Shown here: positions 60,429 through 64,000 of the stretch, piece by piece
Position numbering within the stretch: position 1 is the stretch's first letter
Layout: each line of letters opens with the position of its first letter
Assembly (NCBI GenBank): GCA_963666735.1
Contig: OY762926.1
Span: forward strand, 3,264,001-3,328,000
DNA: 64,000 nt
Direction of reading: 5' to 3'
From: Gemmatimonadota bacterium
GTDB taxonomy: Bacteria > Gemmatimonadota > Gemmatimonadetes > Palauibacterales > Palauibacteraceae
Position numbers and translations under genes: made by a program
Notes under the pieces: model-generated
What the model was told of the DNA's origin: nothing
Seen by the model: only the letters and a program-made list of their open reading frames with translations
Database searches by the model: none

Positions 60429-62531
60429 TTATTCAAGGAGCTTGAAGACGCCGTCGGCGGCGTCGCTGTAGAACTCGATGTTGAGCTTCGTCCAGATGTC
60501 GTCGGGGAGATTGTTCAACTCGCGGCGGGCGGTGACCGGGAGGAGAAGGACGGAAGCGCCCTTGTCCACGGCGAGCTCGGCGATCGCGACCGGATCTGCC
60601 AGCTGATCGAGGGAGCCGCCCAGGTTCAGGGGGCCGGTCACGATTGCGGCGCCGCGCGTGCCCCGATCGAGGAGTGCCCCGACGAATGCGGCGAGGACAG
60701 GCACGCCAAGGTGGGTCCCGGAGGTGTCCGCGTCGAAGGGACGGAGTTGGACGGTGTATTCGTGGGACCGGGCGTTGCGGTCACCGATGAGGTTGGCGGC
60801 GCTGGCGTAGAGGTTCTGCTCAGCCACCTTCACGCTCTCGCGGAACGCCGGCGGGACCGGGTGGTTCAGGATTCGGGTGCCGCTGCCGGGTCCATCCGAG
60901 ACCTCGATGCGGTAGAGACCCGGGCCGGTCTCGGCGAGGCCGGGGCCTATCGCCCACACCTGCCCGGGGGGCAGGGGGTCGGGGTCGATCGCTTCGTCGC
61001 TATGGAGTTCGGGAGTGGCGACGAACTTCTCGATACCGTCCACGCCGAGCGTGAACGAGAAATGCGTATTCCGGAACTCGGCCTTGAGGCAGCGCTTTTG
61101 CTGCTCCTTGACTCGACGCCGTGACTCCAGCGCGAGCCGGACGATCCATTCGAGGTCTCCGTCTTCGATCTCCATCTCGGGGTCGGGGAAGATCAGCTTG
61201 AGGAGCCCGGAGACCGACTTGTGGACCGCTTCGATATCGCGGCCGGAGAGGGCGCCGCCCCAGAACACGCGGTTCTGGATCCTGGGGAGTCGCGACTGCG
61301 GGCGCAGGCCGGTCCAGCAGGCGCTCAGGAAGTCGCTCACAAGCCCGAAGTGGTCGGTGAGGTGTTCCTTCGGATTGAGCTTCGGGAAGTTCCAGCCCGG
61401 GGCGTATCCGTGGATCCGGTCGTGGAAGGCCGTGTCGTCGCGCATCTGCTTGGGGAGCGGGCTCAGGAGATGCCCGACGCGCTGCTGCTGCTCGACCGAC
61501 ACGTTGAAGTTTCCGACCATCACCATCGAGCCCTCGGCGCGGATGCTCTCCTTTCCGCGGCTGAATTCTCCCGACGCCATGTAGCCTTTCATGATGTTGA
61601 CCCCGTCCTTCTGGTCGAAGGAGACGCCGGCGATCTCGTCGAAGCACACGACGTCGTAGTGGCACACGAGGCCGCGCTGTCCGCTGGCCATGTTGACGAA
61701 CATCTTGGCGACCGTGGCCTTTCCGCCCGAAATCAGGTGCGAGAACGGGGAGAGCTGCTGATAGACGTGGCTCTTCCCGGTTCCGCGCGGTCCGAGTTCC
61801 ACGAGGTTGTAGTTGCGCTCGACGAAGGGGATGAGCCGCAGGAGGACCACGCGCTTGGCTCGCTCATCCAGCGTGCTGGGCTCGAGGCCGGTCGAGCGGA
61901 GAAGGAAGTCGACCCATTCCTCGGTCGTGAAGTGGCGGCGGCCGCGGGACAGCACGTCGAGCACGTTCGGACTCGACATCTGGATGGGGCGCAGCGCCTG
62001 GATGCCGAAGGGGCGGCCGTTCCGTTCCTGAGCGATAACGGGGTCGTATTCGAGCGTCACCTCGGCGTAGAAGCCGTCGGCCAGCATGCGCTGGTTCTCT
62101 CTGACGAGGCGGGTGCCGATGCGGGCATCCTTGAGGTTGAGGCTCGGGAGCTCGGCGACGTAGCAGTCGTTCTTGGCATCAAGGCGGGCACGGATGAGGT
62201 CGATGGGCCGGACGGTGCCTTCCTCCCGGGCCCTGGACTTGAAGATCTCCTGCTCCGCGGCGCGGATCGTGCGGCCATCGAGCTGCTTCTCGACGATCGC
62301 CAAGCCCTCCGCGATCTCCGCCTCGTCCACGCTCGCGCAGTAGCGGCCGAGGAGGAACTCCACGACGTACGTTGGGACGGGGTACTGGCGGGCGTAGCGC
62401 CGCACCAGGTCCTTGCGCACGAGGTAGCCGGGGAACGCCTCGTTGGCCGCGATGTCCAGCGAGTCGAGTTCAATCGCGGGGTCGCCCGTGGGGGCGTCCG
62501 GCTCCTGTGTATGGGTTCCCGAGTCGCTCAC
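60429..62531 (-). CDS. brxL: BREX system BrxL (MCM-like ATPase + Lon-like domain)
   Basis: FPGYLVRKDL, PTYVVEFLLGRYC, ELGPRGTGKSH, VCFDE, MKGYMASGEFSRG, DTAFHDRIH. C-terminal Lon-like domain without a clear GPSAG/Lys dyad. Confidence 0.93.
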   Translation of the reverse strand: MSDSGTHTQEPDAPTGDPAIELDSLDIAANEAFPGYLVRKDLVRRYARQYPVPTYVVEFLLGRYCASVDEAEIAEGLAIVEKQLDGRTIRAAEQEIFKSRAREEGTVRPIDLIRARLDAKNDCYVAELPSLNLKDARIGTRLVRENQRMLADGFYAEVTLEYDPVIAQERNGRPFGIQALRPIQMSSPNVLDVLSRGRRHFTTEEWVDFLLRSTGLEPSTLDERAKRVVLLRLIPFVERNYNLVELGPRGTGKSHVYQQLSPFSHLISGGKATVAKMFVNMASGQRGLVCHYDVVCFDEIAGVSFDQKDGVNIMKGYMASGEFSRGKESIRAEGSMVMVGNFNVSVEQQQRVGHLLSPLPKQMRDDTAFHDRIHGYAPGWNFPKLNPKEHLTDHFGLVSDFLSACWTGLRPQSRLPRIQNRVFWGGALSGRDIEAVHKSVSGLLKLIFPDPEMEIEDGDLEWIVRLALESRRRVKEQQKRCLKAEFRNTHFSFTLGVDGIEKFVATPELHSDEAIDPDPLPPGQVWAIGPGLAETGPGLYRIEVSDGPGSGTRILNHPVPPAFRESVKVAEQNLYASAANLIGDRNARSHEYTVQLRPFDADTSGTHLGVPVLAAFVGALLDRGTRGAAIVTGPLNLGGSLDQLADPVAIAELAVDKGASVLLLPVTARRELNNLPDDIWTKLNIEFYSDAADGVFKLLE

Positions 62532-64000
62532 GTATCCTCTCCCACGCGGGTCGGTTGCTGGGACATTATACGACCGTCGGCGTCGGTGACGATGAGGACG
62601 AGCGTTTCCTCCTCGTGTCTGTCGTCGTCGAGGACAAGGCTCACCGAACCGTCTTCCTGCACCTGCTTGGTCGTCTGGGCCACGGAATCGCCCGAGGGGG
62701 TCGCGAGCCGAAGATCGGCGGTCACGGGGTCAGTGCCGCGAACCTCGACCTCGGCGTAGCAGCGCAACCGCCGCCAGGTGATCGAACGGATTGTGGCGGC
62801 GATGCCGCTCCCCGCTGTGCGTTCGACGCGCATATCGGGGATGAGGCACTCCTGGACGCTGAGGCCGCCGTGAGCGTATTCGTCGCGCTTGCTGAAGCAG
62901 GCGATGCCGGGGGGCGTGGCGAACCACTGGCCTGCGTTCCAGTGCCAGGGAAGCCGGGGGACGTCGGGCGTGGAGTCGCCGGAGATGACGGCGCAGCGCG
63001 CCCACTTGGACTTGGTGAGGTGCTTGGGAAGCTGCACCATCGGAAGACCGCCCGGCAGCCAGAGCCAGCCGTGGTCGGTGACGATCCGCACCGAGCGCCA
63101 GCCCGCAGCGAGCAGCTGCGCGATGCGCTCGGCAAGCGCGTCCAACTCCTGACCAACCAGCCGCGCGAAGGTCGCGGCATCGTGATCGTGGCCAAACTTG
63201 TCGATCTTGCCGGTCTCGAGCCAACCGCGGGCGTCGGCCTCCAGCGGCAGGTCCAGGGTGCCGTCGCCGACGATCTGGTAGCCGCGTTCCTTCATCGCCT
63301 TGCGGAGGTCGGCGGCGAGCGCGGGCCGGGGCGGGTTCTTGCCGTCGTCCGTGCCAATCGCGGGCCGGAAGTCGGTGCCCAGCTCATCGCCTTTGACGAG
63401 ATCGGCTGCCGGTGTGACTGCGGGTTTGCCCGTAGCCGTTACGGTAGGGATCGCCGCCCAACGGTGACCGGGGGAGACCTCACAGCCGCGCCGTTGGAGG
63501 CGGCCGGCCAGATCCCGCCCCAGTTCGTAGCGCAATCCGTCCACGAAGACGAGACACTCGTCTTCCCGCGCCTTGACGAGCGGCTGCTCGCCCCGGCGGG
63601 GGAGAGATGTCCGTTCAACCGCCTCCTGGAACGCCGCTGCGGTGTCCCCCAACCATGGCTCGAGCAGGTGCCGGACGGTGGACGTGATCAGCGCTGCGTC
63701 TGGGCCCGATGCTCGCGCGAGTGCGGCCCGGGCGTGGGCGTCGGCCCGCCAGCCCGCGTCCGCGTAGGTTGCAGCGATATCGTCCGGCGCGGCCCTGCCG
63801 ATGGCGCTTCGCGTCGTGTCGGTGAGACCGGCCAGCGGTTCCAGCGTCGCGGCCAGCGGCGAATGTCCGAGCCGCGCCCACACCCAGTCCCGGCGGTGGC
63901 CGTGCGCAGCCTCCAGCGCGAGCACCGCGTCGCGAGCCTCCTCCACGGGGCGCTGCGGCAGGGATGAGAGTGTTTTGCGAACCTCGGCTTCGTCCTCGTC
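62528..64000 (-). CDS. pglZ: BREX system PglZ alkaline-phosphatase-domain protein (5' part outside window)
   Basis: VFVDGLRYE, PTVTATGK, IDKFGH, IVTDHGWL, YAHGGLSVQEC. GTGA-coupled to brxL; frame open to 64000. Confidence 0.92.
   Translation of the reverse strand, partial: DEDEAEVRKTLSSLPQRPVEEARDAVLALEAAHGHRRDWVWARLGHSPLAATLEPLAGLTDTTRSAIGRAAPDDIAATYADAGWRADAHARAALARASGPDAALITSTVRHLLEPWLGDTAAAFQEAVERTSLPRRGEQPLVKAREDECLVFVDGLRYELGRDLAGRLQRRGCEVSPGHRWAAIPTVTATGKPAVTPAADLVKGDELGTDFRPAIGTDDGKNPPRPALAADLRKAMKERGYQIVGDGTLDLPLEADARGWLETGKIDKFGHDHDAATFARLVGQELDALAERIAQLLAAGWRSVRIVTDHGWLWLPGGLPMVQLPKHLTKSKWARCAVISGDSTPDVPRLPWHWNAGQWFATPPGIACFSKRDEYAHGGLSVQECLIPDMRVERTAGSGIAATIRSITWRRLRCYAEVEVRGTDPVTADLRLATPSGDSVAQTTKQVQEDGSVSLVLDDDRHEEETLVLIVTDADGRIMSQQPTRVGEDT

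Overview
High-GC, gene-dense bacterial chromosome segment. The gene repertoire is loosely reminiscent of host-associated Gemmatimonadota-type genomes, but that is a weak inference. The backbone is catabolic and rich in exported enzymes: a hydantoinase/oxoprolinase-SSS-FAD oxidase operon, several lipoprotein amidohydrolases, a cobalt-type nitrile hydratase operon whose alpha subunit carries an apparent Tat signal, a TonB receptor operon, and a PQQ dehydrogenase divergent from a cytochrome c/copper monooxygenase fusion. Two defence-type regions interrupt it. (1) An AT-richer island at about 8.2-11.2 kb encodes an Xis/MerR-like controller with a 10-bp-phased operator, a frameshifted Vsr, a 5mC methyltransferase with an overprinted +1-frame gene (M.EcoHK31I-beta-like), and a convergent HNH endonuclease. 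(2) A defence island from about 55.9 kb to the window end holds VapBC, a pRiA4b ORF3 protein, a DprA+PRTase (ShosTA-like) pair, a KAP NTPase and the 3' end of a BREX system (pglZ-brxL). No tRNA, rRNA, CRISPR array, integrase or transposase was recognised. All calls come from motif recognition by eye; no searches were run.
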